A stretch of DNA of 64,000 nt from an uncultured virus (IMG/VR IMGVR_UViG_3300009703_000012) (IMGVR_UViG_3300009703_000012:1-64000), one strand, 5' to 3'. Counted from the stretch's first letter, positions 19,700 through 29,484 are shown. Numbers and translations: made by a program. The notes: a model not told the origin generated them from the sequence alone.

Positions 19700-20226
19700 T
19701 TTTTTGTATAAATTTCATATTCTTTGTTTCTATTATCATGTGTATACGAATATACAACATGAGTTATAATATTTTCTTTTATTGTTTCAGCTATTTTATG
19801 TCTCCACCACTGTATCGGTTTCAATGTACAATGAGCATTTTCACCATTTGGTAAAATCTGGCGTGCAAGATACATTGCTATATTTAAAAAAACACATTTA
19901 TTTGATAATGTAAAAATTTCTTTTAAAGTATCGTTTATTTCTCCTTCTGGAACATGTTCTAAAACATCTGTACAAATAACACAATCAAAATTATCTCCTG
20001 GTAAACTATTCCATTTTAATATTGCAGGATCATAAAGCCCCATCTTATCAAGTCCCCATGATAAATGAATACCCTGGATATAGTGAAATGCATCTCCACA
20101 TCCATAATCTAATGCGGTTTTTGATTTTGTAGTTTTTATTAATTTTTTAATATTGTCTAAATGGGGGGTAAGAGAAATACCAGGATAGGGGGGAAGTTGT
20201 TTATATAAATCAATTTTTTCATGCAT
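19696..20226 (-). CDS. Class I SAM-dependent methyltransferase
   Basis: LDYGCG, YDPA, DCVICTDVLEHV motifs. Confidence 0.85.
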   Translation of the reverse strand: MHEKIDLYKQLPPYPGISLTPHLDNIKKLIKTTKSKTALDYGCGDAFHYIQGIHLSWGLDKMGLYDPAILKWNSLPGDNFDCVICTDVLEHVPEGEINDTLKEIFTLSNKCVFLNIAMYLARQILPNGENAHCTLKPIQWWRHKIAETIKENIITHVVYSYTHDNRNKEYEIYTKK

Positions 20227-20241
20227 AATATCTCCAAAAAC

Positions 20242-20274
20242 AAAAAAAGGAGTAGGTTTTACCCTACTCCTTTT
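20242..20274 (-). terminator. Intrinsic terminator after major capsid gene
   Basis: AAAAGGAGTAGG/CCTACTCCTTTT stem followed by a T-run on minus strand. Confidence 0.88.
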
Positions 20275-20300
20275 ATGTATACTAAGTTTTTTAGAGAAAC

Positions 20301-21641
20301 TTACATTAAGTTAGCTACTCTTACAAGCCTGTAGTACTCATTGCTTGATGCACCAGCATTATCACCACTGATATCCGAGGATCCAGTACTTGTGATATCT
20401 GCGGCTCCAGTTGCAAAAGGATTCCTTACGAGACCGTAACGAGTCTTGAATCCAATTTTTGGCTGGAAGGTGTTTGTGTCAACCGCACGTACCATTTGTA
20501 ACGGAACGTATGGGCAGTAGAACATACCTGCATCATAAGATGAGGATCCTTTGTATCCAACTACAAAGTAGTTGACATCATTTGTTACTGCATATGGATC
20601 AACATAAACACGATAGCGACCGTTAAGTACGCCAACAAAAGTGTTTCCTGCATCATCAGGATTGAGATTATTGCTATCAAGAGCAGGAGCGTAATCAAGG
20701 ACTCCAGCCATTTGAAGTGCAGAAGCAACATCTGAAGAAGTGATAATCATATTACCTTTTCCTCTACGTGTCTTCTTCGCAATCTCGTTTGCTTCTCTCT
20801 CGATCTGGAACATGAGACCTTTAAACTTCTCAACGGACCAGCGACCATTTGAATCTGTGTCAAGATCAAAGATACCTGATTGTGTAGTGTTATTTTGGGC
20901 ACCAACTTTGGCTTCCCTGTAAATCTTACGAACAACCTCACGGTTAATTTCTGCAAGAATCTCAGCGGAAAGAATATTGCTGAGTTCTGTTTCTGCATCG
21001 AGACCATGAACCGCTTTAAGATCCTGAGCAACTTCCATTGTGTAATCTGCTCTTAAAGCTCTTGTCTTCGCAGTAACAGTAACCTTCTCGATTGAGAAAG
21101 CCATGTTATTAGGTGTTACGCCTTCGCCTACGGCAGTTGATAATCCACCCGCTACTAAAGTATGAGAAGCGTTAGCTGTTCCATCTGTATGGATATGAAG
21201 GCCTGGTGTGTTATCAGCTTGTGTTACAGCAGAGGTATTAGAAGCAAAACTTGTATCTGCTTCGTTGTAAAGGGCCTCTGGGGACTGATTCATTGTGACA
21301 TATCTTGCTCTCATAGCAAAGATAAGTCCAGTTGGACCAGTCATTGGTTGCACACCACAAACATCGTATGCAATCAAATTAGGCATTGCACGCCTGACCA
21401 GAGAAATCATAATAGGATCATATTTTGCAACTCCACCTGTGTCTGGAAATGCACCTGAAGCCTGTCCCTCTGTCAAGAAATTCTGTGAGGAAAGAACTTG
21501 ATTGTCTTCCTGCATGGACTTTTCTTGGTTCTCCAACAAAACAGTTGTTACTGCTTTACGATATGGGTCGTCTATTTTACCCAATTCTGGATGGTCAAGA
21601 ATAGGAGCCCACTTTTTTTGTAAATTTTCTGAAAGATACAT
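20301..21641 (-). CDS. gp23: Major capsid protein
   Basis: LVRRAMPNLIAYDVCGVQPMTGPTGLIFAMR, QDLKAVHGLDAE, YCPYVPL, FQPKIGFKTRYG. Confidence 0.98.
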   Translation of the reverse strand: MYLSENLQKKWAPILDHPELGKIDDPYRKAVTTVLLENQEKSMQEDNQVLSSQNFLTEGQASGAFPDTGGVAKYDPIMISLVRRAMPNLIAYDVCGVQPMTGPTGLIFAMRARYVTMNQSPEALYNEADTSFASNTSAVTQADNTPGLHIHTDGTANASHTLVAGGLSTAVGEGVTPNNMAFSIEKVTVTAKTRALRADYTMEVAQDLKAVHGLDAETELSNILSAEILAEINREVVRKIYREAKVGAQNNTTQSGIFDLDTDSNGRWSVEKFKGLMFQIEREANEIAKKTRRGKGNMIITSSDVASALQMAGVLDYAPALDSNNLNPDDAGNTFVGVLNGRYRVYVDPYAVTNDVNYFVVGYKGSSSYDAGMFYCPYVPLQMVRAVDTNTFQPKIGFKTRYGLVRNPFATGAADITSTGSSDISGDNAGASSNEYYRLVRVANLM

Positions 21642-21660
21642 GTGTAAATCTCCTTAATTG

Positions 21661-22893
21661 TTATTTAGTAATAGTTCTAGAAATGGCTTTAGCATAATGT
21701 TGTATATGTTCAGGTGCTTGTGCCATTGCATCATCTGAAGAATTTTCGTCATTTGGTTCCATATCATCTTGTGTGTCTGTAGATCCTTCAGTTAAAACCT
21801 GTTTGTCTTCAGCGTTTTCTGTACGAAAATACTTGTCTTTAATGATCTGAAGTTTTTCAGTATAGGATTCTTCGTCTTCATACTCAATACCTTCTGCCAA
21901 TTTGACCATTTTTTCTTGATCAACTTCAGTCATTCCCTCTGAAACTGTATACAGAGCATCCATCTTTTTGTACTCTTGGAGTTCTTTGGATGAATCAATG
22001 TTTTTCTGTATCTCAGAATTTAATGAACCCTCTAAGTCTTCAACTTTGGCGAATAAGTCATCTACAAGATCAACTTTTTCGTCTGGAATATCGACATAGT
22101 GTTCAACAAATAGATTTTTAAGACCGACCATGAAATCTTCAACAATTTCTGAACGAATACCTTTATCAACTGCAAGTTCATTTTCTTGCATCCATTCTTT
22201 AACAACATAATTCATGAAATCATCTACTTTTTCAATCATAACAGTACGATTGTTTTCAATGGCTTCTTGAAGTTCTGTTTTGTATTGTTCATCAAGTTTG
22301 TCTATTCTTGTCGAGATTTCATCATTTACTCTGGCAAAAACTGCGGCTTCAAATATAGTGGCCGCTTTCTCTTTGAATTCGTCTGAAAGCTCTTCGCCTT
22401 CGATAAGTGCTTGAACATCACTTTCCAAATCAAATTCTTCTTTAGCAACTACTTCTTTTGTTTCTTTTTTATTTTCAGAAACAATTTCGTTACCTTCTTC
22501 ATCGAATTCGGTATCTTCAACTTCGTTAAGTGCGCCGAGAATTTCAGCAACTTCGTCTTTGCTCATCTCGTCCAACTTATCGTAAATCGATTTAATAAGT
22601 GACATCTTTGATGCACTTTCAGAAACTTTTCCTTTATCAGCAGGACGTTTCTTAGCAGATGGGACCCCTTTTGTGAAATCAGGTTTGGGTCCATCTGGAA
22701 CCTCATTATTCACACCCGTATCGGCCGCTTTTTCAGGAGCGGGGTGCATAGGTTCTTTATTTTTTCCAGCACCTGGAAGGGAAGCCTCATCGACTTGAAC
22801 ATCGTCTTCTTGAGTGGACTCTTCTTGAGTTTCCTCAGTCACTTCTTCACTTGTTGCTTCTTGCTCCAGAGCTTCATTTTTTTCTTCTGACAT
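21661..22893 (-). CDS. gp22: Prohead core scaffold protein
   Basis: LSDEFKEKAATIFEAAV, EWMQENELAV, acidic coiled-coil; lies between gp21 and gp23. Confidence 0.93.
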   Translation of the reverse strand: MSEEKNEALEQEATSEEVTEETQEESTQEDDVQVDEASLPGAGKNKEPMHPAPEKAADTGVNNEVPDGPKPDFTKGVPSAKKRPADKGKVSESASKMSLIKSIYDKLDEMSKDEVAEILGALNEVEDTEFDEEGNEIVSENKKETKEVVAKEEFDLESDVQALIEGEELSDEFKEKAATIFEAAVFARVNDEISTRIDKLDEQYKTELQEAIENNRTVMIEKVDDFMNYVVKEWMQENELAVDKGIRSEIVEDFMVGLKNLFVEHYVDIPDEKVDLVDDLFAKVEDLEGSLNSEIQKNIDSSKELQEYKKMDALYTVSEGMTEVDQEKMVKLAEGIEYEDEESYTEKLQIIKDKYFRTENAEDKQVLTEGSTDTQDDMEPNDENSSDDAMAQAPEHIQHYAKAISRTITK

Positions 22894-22941
22894 GTGATAA
22901 CTCCTTAATTTTGTGAGAATATTGTCTCTGTCTCATGTTTA

Positions 22942-22949
22942 TATTTATA
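22942..22949 (-). promoter_or_regulatory. T4-type late promoter for gp22-gp23
   Basis: Intergenic TATAAATA. Confidence 0.8.
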
Positions 22950-22952
22950 CAA

Positions 22953-23600
22953 TTATAGGTTTGAAAGAAAGCTATTAAATGCTTTTAACTTAACATTTTC
23001 TAGTTTTTTAGACGGCGCTTTGGTAACTTCTTTGTGAATAGCTGAAATCACCTTTTCTCTAAGAACACCTGATTCCCAAACCCATTCCTTTCCTTCCATG
23101 ATACCTTGAACAAAGGCTTCAGGAGCAGAAGGATCAGCAACTATGTCTGCGGCAGTTGCTAAATAAAAATCATCTTTTACGTATTTTACTCCGCCTTTTT
23201 CTTCTAAAGAACCCATTCCTCTAGAAGATACGCCTAATTGTGCGCCATTCTCGATAAGATTTTGCACAATTTTGCCATATGGGGTATCAATAATCTTCGC
23301 TTTACCGACAACATTATTACCATCTTCTTTTAATTCAGTAATCATGTGTGATACCCGTTCTAAATTTATACCAGGACCGTCTGGATGACCCAGTTCCCCG
23401 AATGCTCTATTTTTTCCGACATAACTTTCGTTATATCTTTTTATTTCTTTCATAAGAACTTCTTTAGGATAAATTCTTCCATTCTTATTTTTCACTTCTG
23501 CCATCATAAAGGGTCCTTGGATATATAGAGATTTTTTCCCGTCTTTTCCTTCTTCTGTAACGTACTCTATATTTTCGTTTAGTTCTGTAATTAAATGCAT
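22953..23600 (-). CDS. gp21: Prohead protease
   Basis: NKNGRIYP, GELGHP, GVSSRGMGS, DIVADPSAP motifs. Confidence 0.96.
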   Translation of the reverse strand: MHLITELNENIEYVTEEGKDGKKSLYIQGPFMMAEVKNKNGRIYPKEVLMKEIKRYNESYVGKNRAFGELGHPDGPGINLERVSHMITELKEDGNNVVGKAKIIDTPYGKIVQNLIENGAQLGVSSRGMGSLEEKGGVKYVKDDFYLATAADIVADPSAPEAFVQGIMEGKEWVWESGVLREKVISAIHKEVTKAPSKKLENVKLKAFNSFLSNL

Positions 23601-23603
23601 AAC

Positions 23604-24005
23604 TTAACCTTTTTGACCTGGTGTTTTTGTTCTGTTTCTTTTACGTGCTAATTCTTCTTTTCTTTTAACTTTTACTAATCTTTTAGCCATTTTTTTAATT
23701 CTTGGTAAAAATTTCTCTAATCTTGTCGCAAGCATTATTTTTTGAGCAGGAGACATTTGTGAAAGGCTTTGTCCTCTAGCAATTCTGCTTTTCATTATAT
23801 TTCTAGCCGTTCTTCTAGCCCGCTTTTGTAATACTTCTGGACTCGCAATTCTTCTCAATGCTCTTTGTTTTGCTCTCTTCAACAACTTAGACCTTCTCCT
23901 AGCCCGTTGTCCCGCTTTCAATCTTTGTTGAAGAGTAAACTTTCTTTCCTCTAGAGGAACATGCTGATATTCTGCTTCGTCTTTAAATTCTCTGAATATT
24001 TTCAT
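23604..24005 (-). CDS. Highly basic probable internal head protein
   Basis: MKxFxEF start then Arg/Lys-rich body; adjacent to gp21. Confidence 0.6.
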   Translation of the reverse strand: MKIFREFKDEAEYQHVPLEERKFTLQQRLKAGQRARRRSKLLKRAKQRALRRIASPEVLQKRARRTARNIMKSRIARGQSLSQMSPAQKIMLATRLEKFLPRIKKMAKRLVKVKRKEELARKRNRTKTPGQKG

Positions 24006-24310
24006 CTTTTTATATTTTTATTTAGCTTTGAAATTCCTCTAAATAATCCAGACCTTAATGTTTTTTTTCTTTTTATGTTTATTAATCTCTGTTTTATTTT
24101 TCTTTTTCTTAAAGACTGTCTTATTTTCAGATTAGTTTTAGGATTAAATTTCTTTCTTTCTTTTGCAGTCATTTTTTTAAGAATTTTCTTACCTGCAACC
24201 TTTCTATATCCCTTACCAATCAGTCCTCTATTTTTTCTAAAAATATTTCTAAATGCTTTTCGTCTACCACCAATAGTTCGAACACGACTTATTTTATGTA
24301 TTCTCTTCAT
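24002..24310 (-). CDS. Highly basic prohead core protein, gp68-like
   Basis: Arg/Lys-rich with KGYR..GK.L.KMT..ER pattern; position upstream of gp21. Confidence 0.55.
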   Translation of the reverse strand: MKRIHKISRVRTIGGRRKAFRNIFRKNRGLIGKGYRKVAGKKILKKMTAKERKKFNPKTNLKIRQSLRKRKIKQRLINIKRKKTLRSGLFRGISKLNKNIKR

Positions 24311-24318
24311 TCATGACC

Positions 24319-24567
24319 TTAGTCCGAATGTGCTACTGAAGTTGCCTGACCCGTAAAAGTTACACTCCAATCAGAATTTTTAAGAATTTTATGTATTCCT
24401 ACAGGAAGTTTAATCGTTCCTTTAGATTCCCAAGATCCACCATTTATTGCAGGTCCCTGTACTTCTACGGTTCCCGCAGTTTCTATGTTACATGCAACTG
24501 TAGTTGCTGAACCAATAGTATTATTTGCTGGATCGGTTACTAAGGCACCAAGTAGTTTATAAGCCAT
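24319..24567 (-). CDS. Small beta-rich hypothetical (probable virion) protein
   Basis: 82 aa ORF with GGAG RBS in the head cluster. Confidence 0.6.
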   Translation of the reverse strand: MAYKLLGALVTDPANNTIGSATTVACNIETAGTVEVQGPAINGGSWESKGTIKLPVGIHKILKNSDWSVTFTGQATSVAHSD

Positions 24568-24570
24568 TAA

Positions 24571-25149
24571 TTATTCTCCTCTGCTTCTAGAAAAAGAAAC
24601 CATATTCCAAAAATCTTCTTTACTTTCAAATATTTTTTTAGAAAATTCTTTCTTATTTTCGTCATTTAATTTTTTATAAGTTTCGTATAAAACCTCTGCA
24701 TCATCAGGTTCAACAATTACTTGAACATCTTTCAAATTTATTTTATGTGATTCTTGAACTTTATAAATTTGCTTGAGTAATGGAATTAAATCATCAATAT
24801 GATGAACATCTTCAATCATATCCAGATCATCATCATATTCGAATTCCTCATAAGGATTATCTTCTGAACCATGATCCATTTCATATTCAAGAAAATGCTT
24901 TACAGAACTTATATAAGAACATGCTCTTGAAATTTTATCTTGAACCCATGCTTCTAATTCTGTATGATCATCGAGCATTTCAAAAAGTTCTCTACTATAT
25001 TTGTGTAGTTTGTATAAACTTTGTTTAGCCATTCTCCCCTCAACATCATCATAATTCATTTTTCCATGAGGATGTTGATGTGGAACACCACTAAAATGCT
25101 CTTTTACTTCTTTTTTAGCCGTTGCTGATAAATCTTTAAATTTTTTCAT
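24571..25149 (-). CDS. Probable internal head protein
   Basis: MKKFKDL start and EGRMAK..L...ELEAWVQDKI motif seen in T4-like head-region proteins; late promoter upstream. Confidence 0.6.
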   Translation of the reverse strand: MKKFKDLSATAKKEVKEHFSGVPHQHPHGKMNYDDVEGRMAKQSLYKLHKYSRELFEMLDDHTELEAWVQDKISRACSYISSVKHFLEYEMDHGSEDNPYEEFEYDDDLDMIEDVHHIDDLIPLLKQIYKVQESHKINLKDVQVIVEPDDAEVLYETYKKLNDENKKEFSKKIFESKEDFWNMVSFSRSRGE

Positions 25150-25181
25150 AACCCTCTAAATAAATTTCGTTATCTAATTTA

Positions 25182-25189
25182 TATTTATA
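25182..25189 (-). promoter_or_regulatory. T4-type late promoter
   Basis: Intergenic TATAAATA 32 nt upstream of ATG 25149. Confidence 0.75.
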
Positions 25190-25193
25190 TGGT

Positions 25194-25877
25194 TTATGTC
25201 CTTTGTATTGTACTTTGGATCAAACCAATTAATTTATTAAAAATAAGATTATTTCCCTCTTCACTTATTCCATTTACAGATTTATTGAATGATACACTAT
25301 ATTCTTTTTCGATTTCACAAATATCTTCATCTATAATGCCCGATTTAAAAGTAAACCAACCAGGAATATGATCATTTATAACGTGTATTGTTGGTATTTT
25401 TTTTGAATAAACATATTCATCAATTAAAGATAATGCTCCATGAAATCTATTTCTATTTACATCTCTATTAAAATGTAATTTCATGAAATCTTTTATAATT
25501 GATGCATCAATAGGTTCTGTAGGTACACTAAAATTTGTAACTATGTCTTTTCTGTTTTGTTTAAAAGCATCAACATAATCTAAAAAATGTTGCCGATTAT
25601 CCCAATCATCAACTCTATCATCATTCATATAAATAAAATCTCTAGTAAAATTTGGAAAATATATAAATTGAGGAGTTGAATGAAAGATTATTGCTATATC
25701 AATTTCACTGGTCTTTTTTAAATTGTAAAGAATCCTTTCTTCTGAACATTGTGCTATCATATAATTTAATGAAGAAGCATTGAAATGATCAAGAATCAAA
25801 TCATAGAATGCTTTAGGCTTTTCTATTTGAAAAGTATTTGATCCTATTATACTAGAACCATAAAATTCTATTTTCAT
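25194..25877 (-). CDS. Hypothetical protein, weak SGNH-hydrolase-like layout
   Basis: N-terminal FYGSS and C-terminal N.ISEEGN; the catalytic His is not evident. Confidence 0.4.
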   Translation of the reverse strand: MKIEFYGSSIIGSNTFQIEKPKAFYDLILDHFNASSLNYMIAQCSEERILYNLKKTSEIDIAIIFHSTPQFIYFPNFTRDFIYMNDDRVDDWDNRQHFLDYVDAFKQNRKDIVTNFSVPTEPIDASIIKDFMKLHFNRDVNRNRFHGALSLIDEYVYSKKIPTIHVINDHIPGWFTFKSGIIDEDICEIEKEYSVSFNKSVNGISEEGNNLIFNKLIGLIQSTIQRT

Positions 25878-25884
25878 AAGATTA

Positions 25885-26148
25885 TTAAGTCAAATATTCA
25901 TTCATAGCAAAGTTTAATTCTTGATACCAAATTGTCAGATCACCTGGTGCATTTCCAGACATCGTTGCTGTAAATTGTGTTGTTAAATCATTTAACGCTT
26001 TTAACATATTTGCTTCTTTTTCATTTTCTGACGGTTCAGCAGTTGCAATTAAATTAATCCACTCTTGACAGCCTCCTGTATATCCACCCTGCATTGTGTC
26101 TTCAAGTTTTTTCTTCAACTCATTAGATATTTCACTAATTTTAGCCAT
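25885..26148 (-). CDS. Hypothetical protein
   Basis: 87 aa ORF with AGGAG RBS. Confidence 0.65.
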   Translation of the reverse strand: MAKISEISNELKKKLEDTMQGGYTGGCQEWINLIATAEPSENEKEANMLKALNDLTTQFTATMSGNAPGDLTIWYQELNFAMNEYLT

Positions 26149-26954
26149 TATATCTCCTTTGACAATTCATATTTTTCATTTATAATATGTTCAGCAATAT
26201 CATTTATTATATTAAAAACAAGTGATCGAAATTTAAATTCATAATCAAAACGAAAATGATAAAAATTTTCACCTGGTAATGGAGCAGTCCTTAAACGTGC
26301 AGGCTTCCAATATCCTGTATTAAAACTTAATGTAATTCTATTAATTATTTGATTTATATTAAAATTCTCATCATCATTTAATTTTCTTTTTTCCCAAACA
26401 CCATTAATTGCATTTTTTAAAAGAAATGTAGAATAATTTAGTCCATTTATATTGCAAGCAGTCCATGATATATACGCATTGAGAAAATCAGACTTAACAT
26501 AGTGTCCTTCACATGAACCAAAAGTTCTAATTCCATCAAATGTATTGAGAATAGTGACCAATGGAAGAATACCTAATTCTATTTCATTCTGATTATCATC
26601 AGGCACTCCTCCACCTATAGCACCTGTAGAAGGATCTTCTGTTGGTAAAATATTTAATTCATTAAATAATGATATATTATCAGCAGAACTTTCACCTCTC
26701 CAATCATAACCAATTTCAAATTGTTTAAGAAAATCTTGAAAAGTTCTTGCTAACAATTCATATTTTATATTTGCATGTCCAGCAATTAATAAATATTCAC
26801 CTTTTCTCTTTGCTCGTTCAATAGAATCTTGATCACTACCCCCAATTTTATCTACTAATGAAACAAATAATTTATTCAAAGAATCTATTTCAATTTTTGA
26901 ATGAGGATCATGTGCAATAATATAATTATTTTTCCATGTATTAATTGTAATCAT
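26148..26954 (-). CDS. Hypothetical protein with TYW3-like motif
   Basis: ILPLVTILN..GIRTFGSCEGH; start moved to ATG 26954 to avoid overlap with the tRNA-like element. Confidence 0.5.
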   Translation of the reverse strand: MITINTWKNNYIIAHDPHSKIEIDSLNKLFVSLVDKIGGSDQDSIERAKRKGEYLLIAGHANIKYELLARTFQDFLKQFEIGYDWRGESSADNISLFNELNILPTEDPSTGAIGGGVPDDNQNEIELGILPLVTILNTFDGIRTFGSCEGHYVKSDFLNAYISWTACNINGLNYSTFLLKNAINGVWEKRKLNDDENFNINQIINRITLSFNTGYWKPARLRTAPLPGENFYHFRFDYEFKFRSLVFNIINDIAEHIINEKYELSKEI

Positions 26955-26974
26955 AACATACTTTTTTTTAATTT

Positions 26975-27047
26975 TGGTCGGGGTGGCGAGATTTACACTC
27001 ACAACTTCCCAACACCCTGTTGGCCGTTTTAATTAAACTACACCCCT
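26975..27047 (-). tRNA. Non-canonical tRNA-Pro(GGG)-like element
   Basis: 73 nt cloverleaf: AGGGGTG/CACCCCG acceptor stem, A73 plus CCA, D stem GTTT/AAAC, anticodon arm CCAA-CAGGGTG-TTGG, T stem GTGAG/CTCGC; D and T loops are non-canonical. Confidence 0.7.
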
Positions 27048-27098
27048 GTCCAAAGCGGAACTTTCGTTTCCATTCTCTGGTGTTAATATATATCGAGC

Positions 27099-27863
27099 CT
27101 ATATTTTAATTAAATTGATCCATATACCATTTAAGTCAACTTGCCACCATTTATACGACTCTTTTCTTGTCGTATAATTAGATGGATCTTCATGATGATT
27201 CAAATGCCATCCTTCTCCAGCGGTTATCAATGCCACTAAATTTTTATTCTCTGGTTTTCCATTCTTATGAGTAAATGCATTAATAATACCCGAACCATGA
27301 AGTATTAAACATGTAGGAATACAAAAACCAAATATAAAAAACCAAGGACCCATGAATAACAATACAATCATAATAATAACTGTTAAAGAAAGATAATTAT
27401 CATAAAACCATTTAGCAATAGGATCTTTTGTTTCTTCTAACCAATCTTTTAAATCTTCTCTTGTAGGAGGATCTATTGTAAACACTCCCATTCCCCAAAA
27501 ACTTGTCCACACATTCCAAAATCCTTTATGTTTAGGACTATGTGGATCTAATTCCGTATCACTATATTTGTGGTGTAATTTATGTGTTCCGCTCCATATA
27601 AGAACTGGTCCTGGATTACCAAATAAAGAAAAAAAATTAAAATAATAATCATACCAAAGCGGTGCTTTAAAACTTTTATGAGTATAATACCTATGATACC
27701 CAGTAGTATATGCTGTACATCCTATCCACTGCCACCATATCAAACTTAATATCCACATCCACCATTCGCCATAAAGAATTGCGGGTATAATTGCTAAATG
27801 AGCAATTAAATTAATTAAGAAAAAATAGGGAGTTCGCTTAGATTTAATATAATAATTAATCAT
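27099..27863 (-). CDS. Membrane fatty-acid desaturase (Delta9/DesC-like) no. 1
   Basis: His boxes HRYYTH, HKLHH, HLNHH; DPHSP; TM segments. Confidence 0.92.
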   Translation of the reverse strand: MINYYIKSKRTPYFFLINLIAHLAIIPAILYGEWWMWILSLIWWQWIGCTAYTTGYHRYYTHKSFKAPLWYDYYFNFFSLFGNPGPVLIWSGTHKLHHKYSDTELDPHSPKHKGFWNVWTSFWGMGVFTIDPPTREDLKDWLEETKDPIAKWFYDNYLSLTVIIMIVLLFMGPWFFIFGFCIPTCLILHGSGIINAFTHKNGKPENKNLVALITAGEGWHLNHHEDPSNYTTRKESYKWWQVDLNGIWINLIKI

Positions 27864-28654
27864 GCTTTAAAAAATCTTTCAATAAGAAACACATTTTTCA
27901 TATCTTGTTCATACCATCTATCTGACATTTTAAAATTATATGAAGAAGGATTATAATGATGATTGTTTTGTAATCCTCCAGAAGAAACAAGAATACAAGC
28001 AAGTATATTATTTTTTGAATTATCAGGTGTTTCAAAATTACGATATCCCCACAAATGACTCATCATATTAACAGCTATAGATCCAAACCAAAATGTTATT
28101 GCACTAGGAAGAGCAAATAAAAATACAAATATTCTCCAATCTATAGACACAGTTATTATGATTACGCATATTTGAATTAATAAATGATATCGATGTGCAA
28201 ATTTTATTGATTCATCTTTCAACAAATCTGCTACGAATCTAGGATCAAACTTTTCTATTTTTGAAAAATCCCAATATCCTCTCCAGATATGATACCATTT
28301 GCTGTGGTGGGGAGAGTGTACATCCTTTTCAGTATCAGAATGCTCATGATGATGTCTATGAACATATGACCAAGTAAGAGGACTACCAGCATAGCATAAA
28401 ATTGTACAAATTGAAAATAATTTTGGTACCCAAGGTTTCGCTTTAAATGAATTATGTGTCCAGTATCTATGGACTCCTATTTCGCCTCCAATATCTTTAA
28501 ACAAAATTATACCCACTAATGTTAAAAACAACCAATGCCATGACGAATATATTATTCCCAATACAGATATGATAGGAAAGGTATAAATCCACACATATTG
28601 TAATATACTAATTTGAAAATCTTTAACAAATAATTTATTAAGGTTATCTATCAT
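27860..28654 (-). CDS. Membrane fatty-acid desaturase no. 2
   Basis: HRYWTH, HRHHH, QNNHH; DVHSP; GYRNF. Confidence 0.92.
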   Translation of the reverse strand: MIDNLNKLFVKDFQISILQYVWIYTFPIISVLGIIYSSWHWLFLTLVGIILFKDIGGEIGVHRYWTHNSFKAKPWVPKLFSICTILCYAGSPLTWSYVHRHHHEHSDTEKDVHSPHHSKWYHIWRGYWDFSKIEKFDPRFVADLLKDESIKFAHRYHLLIQICVIIITVSIDWRIFVFLFALPSAITFWFGSIAVNMMSHLWGYRNFETPDNSKNNILACILVSSGGLQNNHHYNPSSYNFKMSDRWYEQDMKNVFLIERFFKA

Positions 28655-29483
28655 GTTTTAAAAACTTTTCTATTAAAAACACATTGGGAAAATCTGTCTC
28701 ATACCATCTATTAGACATTTTATAATTATATCTTTCAGGATGTGCATGATGATTATTATGTAATGTTCCTAATCCTCCTGTTATTATATTTAACCATGGA
28801 TTATTTACCGATAGATCATCAACTGTAGTTTCATAATTTCTATAACAACCAAATAACATTACATGTCCTAAAAAATGTGCTAACATTCCAGACCAAAAAG
28901 TTATAACACAAGGTAATGCTATAAAAAATATTAACAAACGAATATCGATTATTGATAAAATTACAATGGGAGAAAGTGCTATTAACCAATAATATTCATG
29001 ATTGAATCTTGCTACTTTATTTTTAAATAATTTTTTACAAAATTTATTTTCACTTTTTCTAAAAATATTCCAATCTTTACGTTCTTCCTGTTGAAGTTCT
29101 CCTAAAGTTTGAGTTATAATTCTAAAAACATCTTTAACATTCTTAATGTTATGAGGAGAAATTGGATCTTTTTCAGTATCAGATGTAGCATGATGCCATC
29201 TATGACCTATAGCATATGCTATATTACTTCCTCCATACGAAAATGCATATCCAATCATCATAAGCCATTCTGCCCAAGGTTTTGCTTCAAAACTCCTATG
29301 ACAAAAATATCGATGATTTCCTATTTCTGTACCGATATGTCGTAATAATATAACACCAATAAAAGATAACCATAACCAATGTAAAGAAAAAGTTATTAAT
29401 CCATATACAGTTAATATATGAAATAACGTATGAATAATAGAAATCATAATAACTGCAAACCTATTTGCTGTAAATTTGAACAT
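28644..29483 (-). CDS. Membrane fatty-acid desaturase no. 3
   Basis: HRYFCH, HRWHH, HNNHH. Confidence 0.92.
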   Translation of the reverse strand: MFKFTANRFAVIMISIIHTLFHILTVYGLITFSLHWLWLSFIGVILLRHIGTEIGNHRYFCHRSFEAKPWAEWLMMIGYAFSYGGSNIAYAIGHRWHHATSDTEKDPISPHNIKNVKDVFRIITQTLGELQQEERKDWNIFRKSENKFCKKLFKNKVARFNHEYYWLIALSPIVILSIIDIRLLIFFIALPCVITFWSGMLAHFLGHVMLFGCYRNYETTVDDLSVNNPWLNIITGGLGTLHNNHHAHPERYNYKMSNRWYETDFPNVFLIEKFLKHDR

Positions 29484-29484
29484 G

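Noticed and set aside
26955..27002. GTG start at 27002 for the TYW3-like ORF
   Set aside because: Lies inside the tRNA-like cloverleaf; ATG 26954 is more plausible.
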